A DNA stretch of 64,000 bases from an uncultured Verrucomicrobiota bacterium (GTDB lineage: Bacteria > Verrucomicrobiota > Verrucomicrobiia > Limisphaerales > UBA9464), in NCBI GenBank assembly GCA_903939515.1, contig CAJAHH010000086.1, forward strand, positions 9,112 to 73,111. Direction: 5' to 3'. The notes under the pieces were generated by a model. That model had not been told where the DNA came from, did not search any database, and was given only the letters and a program-made list of their open reading frames with translations. The position numbers and the translations under genes are program-made. Positions within the stretch are counted from its first letter, which is position 1, and each line of letters starts with the position of its first letter. This document shows positions 1 to 7,986 of this stretch, in pieces.

Positions 1-2281
1 AGGTCCCACCGATGCCCCACGCTGCGGGCAATGCCGGGACCACTACCGGGAATGCGGCACTCGCATCCGTCCATCCCAACACAGCGTCCCACCGCTGCAA
101 CTGGACTCGCCCGTACAGCGCCCCAGTGAGTTGAATGTCCATTGATGCAGAGGAACCTGCCGGTCCAGCCAGATTGGTGCGGGAAAGCGCGACTGTAATA
201 GGGAGTACCGGAGTGAAGCCCGTCGATACGCTGGTGCCCCGACTGCGATCACCAGACAGGCTGGAGCCCGTCAGAGGGTTGCTCAACCGAACCGAGTAAG
301 TTCCAATCTGGGAAAAACTGAAATTGGTTAGGCTCAACGTCGAGTTGGTGCCACGTGCTATCTTCACCCCGTCCTTCAGCCAGTTGTAAACCACACTTGG
401 CCCGTGGCTGGAAATTACCGACAGCACGACATTGGTGGAACCGGCTGGAACCGGCCCTAAGTACACAGGAACCGCTGCATTTTCAGAAATGGCGGAGGAG
501 ACGCTGGGGGCCTGCAGTTCGGGATAAATTTCTACGGCAACACGGTTAGTGATGGATTTTCCCAAGGAGTTGGACAGCACAACCAAGTATCCCCCGCTCT
601 GGGACACTGTCAGCGGTCGGGAACTCACGGCGACCGCAGATCCTTGGATAGTTGCCGAAGCGTTGGTGATGGGGATGTCCACCGAAAGCACCGCCTCGCC
701 GCTGAGAGCAGAATACACCATGACCCGAGGAACCGGATCGCCCTTCGCCCGCACGCGAAAAGCCAGCAGGCTACTGGCATTGTCAACCCCTAGGAAAACT
801 CCGGCCGCAGACTGGCCCAGTGGCGTGACCCCGGGAGGAACTTCCGCCGTCCAAGCCACTGGCTCGACCACCACCTCGGCCGGGATGTCCGCCAACCGCA
901 CCGTGGCAGACTTCAGGTCACTTCCAAATGCGTTAAACACCTCAAGGTCGATTCGAAACGCCCCAGGTTCCGAGTTGGGCACCACAACTGTCAGTTGAGA
1001 ATTGGTGGCTCCAGGGATTGGGGATCCATTGCGGCGCCAGCGAAACTGCACCGGAGGCGCTCCATTCTGAAGACTCGCCCGCACACTGAGGGTGCGACCT
1101 CGATCGGTGTAGTCGCTGTTTGGATTGAAATCGCGCCCACCCTCGATTGAGTTCTCCCGAAAAACCAACGGTTCCAAAAGCGGTTTCTCACGAGAAACGA
1201 GCACCAGGTTGTGCTGCCCACCGGCCGCTATATCCACGACATTGGCCAAGCCTGAGGGAACCGAGGTTTGCCCCGACCCATTGTAACCCCAAGCCACCAC
1301 CGTTCCGTCGTCACGCAGGGCCAATGAGTGGGCCCGACCCGCAGCAATCCGGGTCACGCGGTTGAGACCGACGGGAACCGTGGTACGGCCGTCCGCCGAA
1401 TTGCCCCAGGCCACCACCGTTCCGTCCGAACGCAGGGCCACGAGGTGCAAAGCACCCGCACGCAGCGACACCACATTGGTCACAGAAGGCGGCACGTTGA
1501 CGACTCCCGTGGCGTCCGATCCCCAGACGATGACTTGCCCCGTGGCCAGGAGCGCTGCGCTGAAAAACTCACCCGCCGCCACCTCCACGGCCCCTGCCAC
1601 TCCCGATGGGATGAATCGTTCCCCGAAAAGATTTTCCCCACCAAATGCTGAGACCGATCCGTCCGCCCTCAGCGCCACCACATGGGTGGGGCCGACCACC
1701 ACCGAGACAAATCCACCGGACGCATCGGTATCGGTGGCCGGCAGATCGGCGGTGATCCGGTCGCCAAAAAACGCCAGATCGCCAGGGAATTGATCCTTGA
1801 ATCGCCCCGAAGCCACTGGGGAAGGTGCATTCGTCGGCTTACGGAGAACGGCGCCGAAAAGATGCCCGAAGCCGACCCGGTTCACGCCGATACGACCGGA
1901 GGCATCCAGCAGGGCCGTTTTCCAAGAAGTCTGGTCGGTGTGATCGAGGGCTCCCGTGCCGTAACTAATGATCCCATTGCTATTTCCAGTCAGCAATGTG
2001 GGCCCTCTCAAAATCAGTCGGCTCCCGACATAATTAGTACCATCCACCAGAATCCCGGAGCGAAGCGTCAATCCACTGACCAACTCCCCGGACGTCACCG
2101 CCTCGACATCGCTGGCCACGATCCCTGCTGGCAGTTCGGGAGGGCGATTGAGCCCCAGCAGGTTCTCACCCCAAGCCACCAAGGACCGGTTGCGAGTTTG
2201 GGCCTCCATTGCGAAGGCCCCCAGCATCAGGCAGACAAACAGCCCAATCCTCCGAATTAATTCACTCCGATAGGATCGCAT
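1..2281 (-). CDS. Secreted RCC1-repeat protein with Ig-like repeats (N-terminal ~760 codons; C-terminus lies beyond the window start)
   Basis: Absent from the ORF track because no stop lies inside the window. Manual minus-strand translation from the ATG at 2281-2279 gives MRSYRSELIRRIGLFVCLMLGAFAMEAQ (signal-peptide-like). RCC1-type blades follow (VIVWGSDATGVVNVP, VVAWGNSADGRTTVP, VVAWGYNGSGQTSVP, QHNLVLV), then Ig-like segments (VQFRWRRNGSPIPGATNSQLTV; VYNWLKDGVKIARGTNSTLSL...GTYSVRLSN). The frame stays open to position 2. Confidence 0.8.
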   Translation of the reverse strand, partial: MRSYRSELIRRIGLFVCLMLGAFAMEAQTRNRSLVAWGENLLGLNRPPELPAGIVASDVEAVTSGELVSGLTLRSGILVDGTNYVGSRLILRGPTLLTGNSNGIISYGTGALDHTDQTSWKTALLDASGRIGVNRVGFGHLFGAVLRKPTNAPSPVASGRFKDQFPGDLAFFGDRITADLPATDTDASGGFVSVVVGPTHVVALRADGSVSAFGGENLFGERFIPSGVAGAVEVAAGEFFSAALLATGQVIVWGSDATGVVNVPPSVTNVVSLRAGALHLVALRSDGTVVAWGNSADGRTTVPVGLNRVTRIAAGRAHSLALRDDGTVVAWGYNGSGQTSVPSGLANVVDIAAGGQHNLVLVSREKPLLEPLVFRENSIEGGRDFNPNSDYTDRGRTLSVRASLQNGAPPVQFRWRRNGSPIPGATNSQLTVVVPNSEPGAFRIDLEVFNAFGSDLKSATVRLADIPAEVVVEPVAWTAEVPPGVTPLGQSAAGVFLGVDNASSLLAFRVRAKGDPVPRVMVYSALSGEAVLSVDIPITNASATIQGSAVAVSSRPLTVSQSGGYLVVLSNSLGKSITNRVAVEIYPELQAPSVSSAISENAAVPVYLGPVPAGSTNVVLSVISSHGPSVVYNWLKDGVKIARGTNSTLSLTNFSFSQIGTYSVRLSNPLTGSSLSGDRSRGTSVSTGFTPVLPITVALSRTNLAGPAGSSASMDIQLTGALYGRVQLQRWDAVLGWTDASAAFPVVVPALPAAWGIGGT

Positions 2282-2299
2282 GTGCCGATCCTATCGGAG
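2265..2299. repeat. Perfect 14-bp inverted repeat with a 7-nt spacer that contains the start codon of the RCC1-repeat gene
   Basis: CTCCGATAGGATCG (2265-2278), spacer catgtgc (2279-2285), CGATCCTATCGGAG (2286-2299). The minus-strand ATG is the reverse complement of 2279-2281. Confidence 0.9.
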
Positions 2300-2501
2300 G
2301 ATTCACCTCAGACTTAAATCAAGCGCCCGCGTAAACGGTTCCCGCTCCATCGAATAATCCAGTCGAGAGGAAGGGAATGGAGGTGCCGATTCCTTCGTAC
2401 ACGAATGCGAAACCGAGGAGTGGTCCGTGCTGAAACGCGCAACGAACCAACAACAACGCTCTTGCGGATGAGAATCCATCGGCCGACGGAGTCGTTCCTG
2501 G

Positions 2502-3767
2502 TCAGCAGTACACCAACACAAACGGTGTGAGCGGTGTAACGCGATTGATGGAAATGATCCGGTTGATGTCCGAATCCTTGAGTTCACGACCCTTGGGCAA
2601 CAGCAAATGTCCGCCGGCGTTGAACAAATCACGCCCCAAGACCATGCCGGCCTTCAGTTCAATCAAGAGCAACTCCCGCTCACCCCGCGGGATCTGAGTC
2701 ATTGGTAAGGCCTTGGCCAAGAGGCGGACGGCCATCGGATCAAATTGCTTGTCCGAAAGACTCTCCAACTCGTTGAGAATTTGAGTCGTAGATCCGTTGC
2801 GATGGCAGAAATGAATCACCGGGGCGAGGACCCGAGCCAACTGGGGAATGGTCTCACCTTTGAGCCCATCGGGATATCCCGTGCCGTCGAAGGCTTCGTG
2901 ATGGTGACGAACAATCTCCGCTGCGCTCGCCAACGCGGGAAAACTCTTGAGCACACCCTCGGCGATCTCGGGGTGGTGGCGAATTAACGCCAACTCCTCG
3001 TCGGTGCATTTGGCCGTGTCCCGCAACCAGCGTCGCACAATGCTGCGATCCACGCTGAGCATACCGATATCGAACAAGGCGGCCGCCCACAGCAGACGGG
3101 GCAATTCGGTGGGCGGAAGCTCCATCAATTCGCCAATGGTCCGGCAGATAGCGACTGCACGGAGGCTGGCGTTGCCCAAATTGGGATGGAACACGCTCAG
3201 CATCTGAATGGACATCTCGATGGCCATGTCCACGGAAGCTCCTCCCGTCACCGGTCCAGACGCCGTCTCGCCCGGTAGCGATGCGGTCCCTCCCCCGTCC
3301 GGTGTGCCTCCGCCTCTCACGGCATCACTCAATTGCTGATTGAGCACCAAATTCCGAGCGCGCAGGGCGTCGATCTCGGACCGCTGGGCCGAACTTGCCA
3401 AGGCATTGTCCACCGCCATGGCAACCTCGTCTCGCATCCACGGCTTGGTCAGATAACGGAAAATCAGTCCCGACCGACGAGCCTCCATCACGCCGTTCAT
3501 GTCGCGCCCGGAAGTGAGCAAGATACGGTTCATTCCAGGCCGCGCTTTGGCCAATTCCTGGAGCAATTTCGTACTGTCGTTTCCGGCGATCTGGTCATCG
3601 ACGATCACCAACGGGAAACTCTGCTGCTGCGCGTCGGCCAGCCCCTCGCCGGCTGAGGCATGGAGACTCACCGAATGGGAGAGACTTTGGAGTTGGTCGC
3701 GGAGAATCGACCCAATCAAAGGGTCCTCGGCGATCAGAAGGATTCGGAATGTCGAAGTTTCACTCAT
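2502..3767 (-). CDS. Response regulator: receiver domain fused to an HD-GYP-family domain with a degenerate HD motif
   Basis: The receiver has FRILLIAEDP, PLVIVDD, RILLTSG and YLTKPW. The output domain has HHHEAFDGTGYPDGLKGETIP (HHExxDGxGYP), but AALFDIGM stands where LHDIGK is expected. Confidence 0.85.
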   Translation of the reverse strand: MSETSTFRILLIAEDPLIGSILRDQLQSLSHSVSLHASAGEGLADAQQQSFPLVIVDDQIAGNDSTKLLQELAKARPGMNRILLTSGRDMNGVMEARRSGLIFRYLTKPWMRDEVAMAVDNALASSAQRSEIDALRARNLVLNQQLSDAVRGGGTPDGGGTASLPGETASGPVTGGASVDMAIEMSIQMLSVFHPNLGNASLRAVAICRTIGELMELPPTELPRLLWAAALFDIGMLSVDRSIVRRWLRDTAKCTDEELALIRHHPEIAEGVLKSFPALASAAEIVRHHHEAFDGTGYPDGLKGETIPQLARVLAPVIHFCHRNGSTTQILNELESLSDKQFDPMAVRLLAKALPMTQIPRGERELLLIELKAGMVLGRDLFNAGGHLLLPKGRELKDSDINRIISINRVTPLTPFVLVYC

Positions 3768-3797
3768 AATAGGAAAGGTGTTAAATAGCAGTTCAAC

Positions 3798-4205
3798 TTA
3801 GCGGGACTCCTGATCGAGATTAATGTTCTCGTCAAAAAAGGTTCCACCCTCAGCGACGGTGGTGACCGCCTTGAGCAGCGTTTCAATAGGGCTCGTCTTG
3901 GATATATATCCCGCGATCCCTAAGTTAAGGCATTTAATGAGGAGATCGTTTTGAGCGAAGGCCGAGAGCAAGACGATACGGGTCTTGGGACTCAACTCTA
4001 GAATAGGGCTAATCAATTCAGCGCCAAGGCAGTCCTCGAGCCGCATGTCCAAGAACAGAAGGTCATACTGCTCAAACACCAAGGTGGGTTCCAACTCTGA
4101 CCAGTGGCTGTAGCAAGCCACCTGAGTGCCCGGAATGGCCGAGGCAACAGCCCCGGCAATGGCTTCGGCGAGTTGGGGATGGTCATCCAGGAAGGCAATT
4201 TTCAT
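3798..4205 (-). CDS. Stand-alone receiver-domain response regulator (no output domain)
   Basis: MKIAFLDDHP, YDLLFLDMRLED, RIVLLSAF and GYISKTSP give the canonical acidic pocket, phospho-Asp, Ser/Thr and Lys. The 135 aa leave no room for an HTH. Confidence 0.85.
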   Translation of the reverse strand: MKIAFLDDHPQLAEAIAGAVASAIPGTQVACYSHWSELEPTLVFEQYDLLFLDMRLEDCLGAELISPILELSPKTRIVLLSAFAQNDLLIKCLNLGIAGYISKTSPIETLLKAVTTVAEGGTFFDENINLDQESR

Positions 4206-4229
4206 GAGTTTAGAAATCTTTAAAATGGT

Positions 4230-5957
4230 TCAGCTCAGGACAGGCAACGACTTCACAGGAATCTTTAGTTCGATGAACATTCCCTTCAAATCCTGTCGCT
4301 CGATGCGAATTTGACCACGAGAACGGCGGGCGAAGGCACTCATGCTCTGGAGACCGAACCCTGCCGAATAATTCGCGGGATCAAATCCGCACCCGTCGTC
4401 TATAACCCGCAAAAACAAGGACGGCGGCGATGAAATGCATTCAACCCTCATGCTAATGTTACGGGCACGCCCATGTCGGATGGCATTGCCCAGCAACTCT
4501 TCTGCGAAGCGGCAAGTACGGAAGAGAACTTCCGGATGCAGGCTCAGCTCATCCGTGTTTAACGTCGTCAACTGGCATCGAACATTGAATTGCTTCTCCA
4601 TGTGGCTACAAATGCTTTGGAGCTGCACCGACATCTCATCAAAAGACTGCAGCCTCTCAGTGCCCTCGACCAGCAGTCGCCGCAGTTCTCTACGCAAGTA
4701 ATCCAGTTGCTGAAGAATCGTGTCACGGGTCCGCTTGAAACCCTCCACATCATCGATACGGCTGGTGGCCACTTGGACTCCCAAGAGGGTGAGATTTTGG
4801 ATAATGTGATCGTGCAACTCCTGTTGCACTAGGGTCCGATGAAGATTCAATCGGGCAATCGTGCCTTGCGCCTCAGCCAATTCCCTCATCTGACTCCGAC
4901 TCGCAGAAAACACCGTCCACATCACGACCATCAGAAAGCTCGTGATGAGAATTTGAACAATATAATAGGGCATGGCCACCATCAGTGCCCGGACCGCACT
5001 GGCCTTAACGAATGACTTCTTTAAAATTATATTCAGTTGAAATTCCCGGTTGGGAAAATCTAGTAAACGCAAATAGCAGATCTTCCCGGTTCCAAAAGAT
5101 TCATCGTTGATCAGGTCGCTCTCCAAATTGTCCAACTCCAGCAGTCGTAGCCCTTCAAGATTGCTTAGGGCATCAGATGGGTCCTTAGCGCGCACTTCCA
5201 TCAATTGTTTTCTGGCAACCCTCTTTAACTCCCCCACCCGCTCCATATTAATAGTGGGTTCAGAGGACGCTTTATTGGATAGATAAATATTAACCATGTT
5301 GAGGCTCGCAGGCCGACCCGTATGGAGGATCAAACGCTTCAGATTAATGACCGCGAACAACACCCTAGAGGGGTTGACGGATTCACCTTCCAAACGACGC
5401 GGCCCTGCAGTTGCGAACACAAAGTAGGCCCGACTGGCATCATCGGCGGGCGGACCATTCCAGAAGATCTTTGATACGTGCCTGGAACCCGTTTGCACAG
5501 TTTCCAAAAGCGTCTCTTGAAACGCCGGGTCCTTGAAAATCGTCGCGAATACCAAGTCATCCATCGTAAGCGCCAAGGCGGCGGGATCTACTCGGGCAAC
5601 TCCTTCGTCAAAATTGGCCAATCCGACGGCCACGATTCCGGGGTACCGATCCATTTCACGGATCAACTGCAGGGTGGATTTTCGTAGTTCCACCGTCGAC
5701 GCGAGACCCACCAACTCAAAGAGACGGGGCACTCGGCTGAAATGATTCTCCATCACCTGCCGCCGATCATCGAAGATCCGAGTTAGTTGAATACGGTCCG
5801 CCTTGCGGGCCCGCTGGAAAGCCGGCCAGAAAATCAACACCGCGAAGACCAACATTCCCACGGTCAACTTGGCGTAGTTGTACCAGAATACTCTCCGGCG
5901 CACCGAACCATGGGCAATCCTGCCAATGTCGCTCAGAAGTGTATTAACGTGCTGCAT
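4230..5957 (-). CDS. Membrane sensor histidine kinase (HisKA_3 type + HATPase_c) with a ~290-aa extracytoplasmic region between two TM helices
   Basis: TM1 is YAKLTVGMLVFAVLIFWPAF and TM2 is MVAMPYYIVQILITSFLMVVMWTVF. The H-box is QQELHDHIIQNLTLLGVQ, the N-box LGNAIRHG, G1 VIDDGCGFD and G2 GFGLQSM. Confidence 0.85.
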   Translation of the reverse strand: MQHVNTLLSDIGRIAHGSVRRRVFWYNYAKLTVGMLVFAVLIFWPAFQRARKADRIQLTRIFDDRRQVMENHFSRVPRLFELVGLASTVELRKSTLQLIREMDRYPGIVAVGLANFDEGVARVDPAALALTMDDLVFATIFKDPAFQETLLETVQTGSRHVSKIFWNGPPADDASRAYFVFATAGPRRLEGESVNPSRVLFAVINLKRLILHTGRPASLNMVNIYLSNKASSEPTINMERVGELKRVARKQLMEVRAKDPSDALSNLEGLRLLELDNLESDLINDESFGTGKICYLRLLDFPNREFQLNIILKKSFVKASAVRALMVAMPYYIVQILITSFLMVVMWTVFSASRSQMRELAEAQGTIARLNLHRTLVQQELHDHIIQNLTLLGVQVATSRIDDVEGFKRTRDTILQQLDYLRRELRRLLVEGTERLQSFDEMSVQLQSICSHMEKQFNVRCQLTTLNTDELSLHPEVLFRTCRFAEELLGNAIRHGRARNISMRVECISSPPSLFLRVIDDGCGFDPANYSAGFGLQSMSAFARRSRGQIRIERQDLKGMFIELKIPVKSLPVLS

Positions 5958-6026
5958 GCTTTTGAATCGGTGGCTTTGAACCGTCTACCCGTCACACGTT
6001 CCGTCCCGGAACGAAAACAGGTAGGT

Positions 6027-7586
6027 CTACAGACCCTCCCGTTGCGGCAAGCGCTTCTGAAGGGCTGGCACCGTGATCCTTAAAATTCGAGCCGCAGCCA
6101 TCAAATCCTGCTTACAGTGGTCGAGAACTCGCTGAATGTGATCAGCCTCCACCTCGGCCAGCGATCGGAGGAAACTCGGAGCGGATCCCTCCAATCCGCT
6201 GCGCTCAGCACCAGAGCCGTTGGCTTGCGAAAATCGACCCGACGTCGGACCCGAACGCTGAGGCGGCGCCAAAGGCAATTCACCGAGCGTAGAAACCGAC
6301 TTCGCCTCGCTCCCGTTCATCCGAGCCGGAGGCGACAACCTTCGGACCGGAGGCTTTTCTGAAAACTGGCTACGAAAGGCGCTCAAACTGCCTAGATCGA
6401 CGGGGCCATCACCACTGGCGACAACCCCCCGTTCGATCATGTTCTGCAGCTCTCGGATGTTCCCCGGCCAAGAATGCTGCTTGAGCCATTCCATCGCCTC
6501 CTTCGTAAAGCCCAAGATCGGTTTGCTGTGCTTGCGACAGAACTCCTCGAGGAAATACTCGGCAAGAATTGGAACATCGGACAACCGGTCTCGAAGCGGT
6601 GGCATGTAGACCGGGACCACATTCAAGCGGAAGAAAAGATCCTCCCGAAACTCCCCCCGTTCGACCGACTCCTCCAAATTGCGATTGGTAGTAGCAACAA
6701 TCCGAACATCGACCGACAGCGTTTCATTGCCGCCGACCCGCTCATACTCACGCTCTTGGATCACCCGCAATAGCTTGGATTGGACAGCCAAGGACACCTC
6801 GCTCACTTCGTCCAGAAGCAGCGTACCACCATTGGCCATGCCGAACCGTCCTTCACGACGAATAATGGCACCTGTGAAGGCGCCGCGCTCGTGACCAAAG
6901 AGTTCGCTCTCCACCAGAGATTCTGGAAGAGCCGCGCAATTGAGCTTCACGAATGGACCGGCCGACCGAGGACTTTGCTGGTGCAGGGCCCGAGCCACCA
7001 ATTCTTTGCCTGTGCCGCTTTCGCCTTGGATGAGCACCGTCGTCTGAGTGGGAGCGATCCGACGGATATACTCCCTCAGGTATTGCGTTGCGGGCGATCG
7101 CCCCAAAATTTGAACACCTGTCTGGACACCGTTCACCGAGGCTCGAGTGGAGGCGCGCGGGGTTATGGCTGGGGCCGACAGCGCGGCCGGAGCCCCATGG
7201 AAAACGGTCGGTGCAGCGAGGAACTTGCGGGCCCGGTCGAAGAAGTCCCGTAGATCTCTCTCGGCAAAGGGACGGACCACGATCTCATGGGCCCCAGCTC
7301 GGCGGTGCTGCTGACTCGATTCGCTGTTCTCCTTGTCTAGGATGCTAACGATGTAGGGAGTCTCCATCCGGGCGGCCAACTCGCGGATCAACGTGGTCGA
7401 CAAACCATCTGGAAGGGTTTCACCGACGAGCAGCAATTGGAATCGATCGGCCTCCAAGTACTCCCAGGCAGCCGCTAGGGAATCGGCTTCAGCCACGGCC
7501 ACTCCTCTGGGCCGTAGGACACGGCCCACGGTCTGACGGATCAAGTCGGAGCGATCCACCACCAGAACCCGTTCAATCAACTTCAT
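6027..7586 (-). CDS. Sigma-54-dependent enhancer-binding protein with a degenerate receiver domain (FleQ-like architecture)
   Basis: The AAA+ core has GESGTGKELVARALH, ESELFGHERGAFTGA, GGTLLLDEVSE and FREDLFFRLNV. The C-terminal Fis-type HTH is MAAARILRITVPALQKRL. I prefer the ATG at 7586 (MKLIERVLVVD), which overlaps the upstream stop as ATGA; the track start at 7697 adds 37 unlikely residues. Confidence 0.85.
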   Translation of the reverse strand: MKLIERVLVVDRSDLIRQTVGRVLRPRGVAVAEADSLAAAWEYLEADRFQLLLVGETLPDGLSTTLIRELAARMETPYIVSILDKENSESSQQHRRAGAHEIVVRPFAERDLRDFFDRARKFLAAPTVFHGAPAALSAPAITPRASTRASVNGVQTGVQILGRSPATQYLREYIRRIAPTQTTVLIQGESGTGKELVARALHQQSPRSAGPFVKLNCAALPESLVESELFGHERGAFTGAIIRREGRFGMANGGTLLLDEVSEVSLAVQSKLLRVIQEREYERVGGNETLSVDVRIVATTNRNLEESVERGEFREDLFFRLNVVPVYMPPLRDRLSDVPILAEYFLEEFCRKHSKPILGFTKEAMEWLKQHSWPGNIRELQNMIERGVVASGDGPVDLGSLSAFRSQFSEKPPVRRLSPPARMNGSEAKSVSTLGELPLAPPQRSGPTSGRFSQANGSGAERSGLEGSAPSFLRSLAEVEADHIQRVLDHCKQDLMAAARILRITVPALQKRLPQREGL

Positions 7587-7978
7587 GGCCCAATACCCCC
7601 GGCTCTGAGTCCGTAGGTGGACCGAATCCGCTGCGGGCTCCGACTTGCGCTGCTGGGGACGAGATCGCCGGGTATCATTTGGTGACGGAGCATCCACTGT
7701 TCATTCTGCCGATCGAGCCGCACCGAACGCTGGATCAAATCGAGGGTGGCCTGCAGAGCCGGACGCAGTCGATCCGGAAAAGGAACCGGTGAGGCCGCCT
7801 TGACGGCTGATTGAGTTCTGGCCAGTTCTCGGAGCAAATCACGGCGGCGGCGGGTGATCTCCACCATCGGCGGTTTGACTCCGGATTCCAGAGCGCGCCC
7901 TTCCTCCTCGGACAGGTCAGCCAGTTGGAGGCATACCTGATGATAGGCAGCCAACGAGGTCTCAAAGGCAGCAGACAT
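7583..7978 (-). CDS. Hypothetical helical protein with a weak FlgN-like pattern
   Basis: The 131 aa read from the ATG at 7978 (the track start 7990 is TTG). Segments LADLSEEEGRAL...EITRRRRDLLRELA and SVRLDRQNEQWMLRHQ resemble the FlgN chaperone pattern. The stop overlaps the next start (ATGA). Coding is supported by operon packing only. Confidence 0.5.
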   Translation of the reverse strand: MSAAFETSLAAYHQVCLQLADLSEEEGRALESGVKPPMVEITRRRRDLLRELARTQSAVKAASPVPFPDRLRPALQATLDLIQRSVRLDRQNEQWMLRHQMIPGDLVPSSASRSPQRIRSTYGLRAGGIGP

Positions 7979-7986
7979 GGTTGGTT

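Noticed and set aside
549-2260. Series of plus-strand ORFs at the window start (549-998, 1362-1793, 1682-2260 and others)
   Set aside because: They overlap one another and are antisense to the continuous RCC1-repeat reading frame. Their translations are Pro/Arg/Ser/Thr-rich with no motifs.
5997-6013. 7-bp hairpin CGTTCCG-tcc-CGGAACG between the activator and kinase genes
   Set aside because: On the transcribed (minus) strand the U-run precedes rather than follows the stem, so it is not a convincing intrinsic terminator. It is too small to interpret further.
6027-7697. Long N-terminal extensions given by the ORF track: 6027-7697, 10611-12617, 21260-22423, 31313-31780, 40339-41031, 42559-42840, 42786-43037, 44357-45112, 55751-56755
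   Set aside because: The extensions overlap neighbouring genes or promoter regions and lack signal-peptide or domain logic. Internal ATGs that restore canonical N-termini (signal peptides, the receiver start, ATGA couplings) were preferred.
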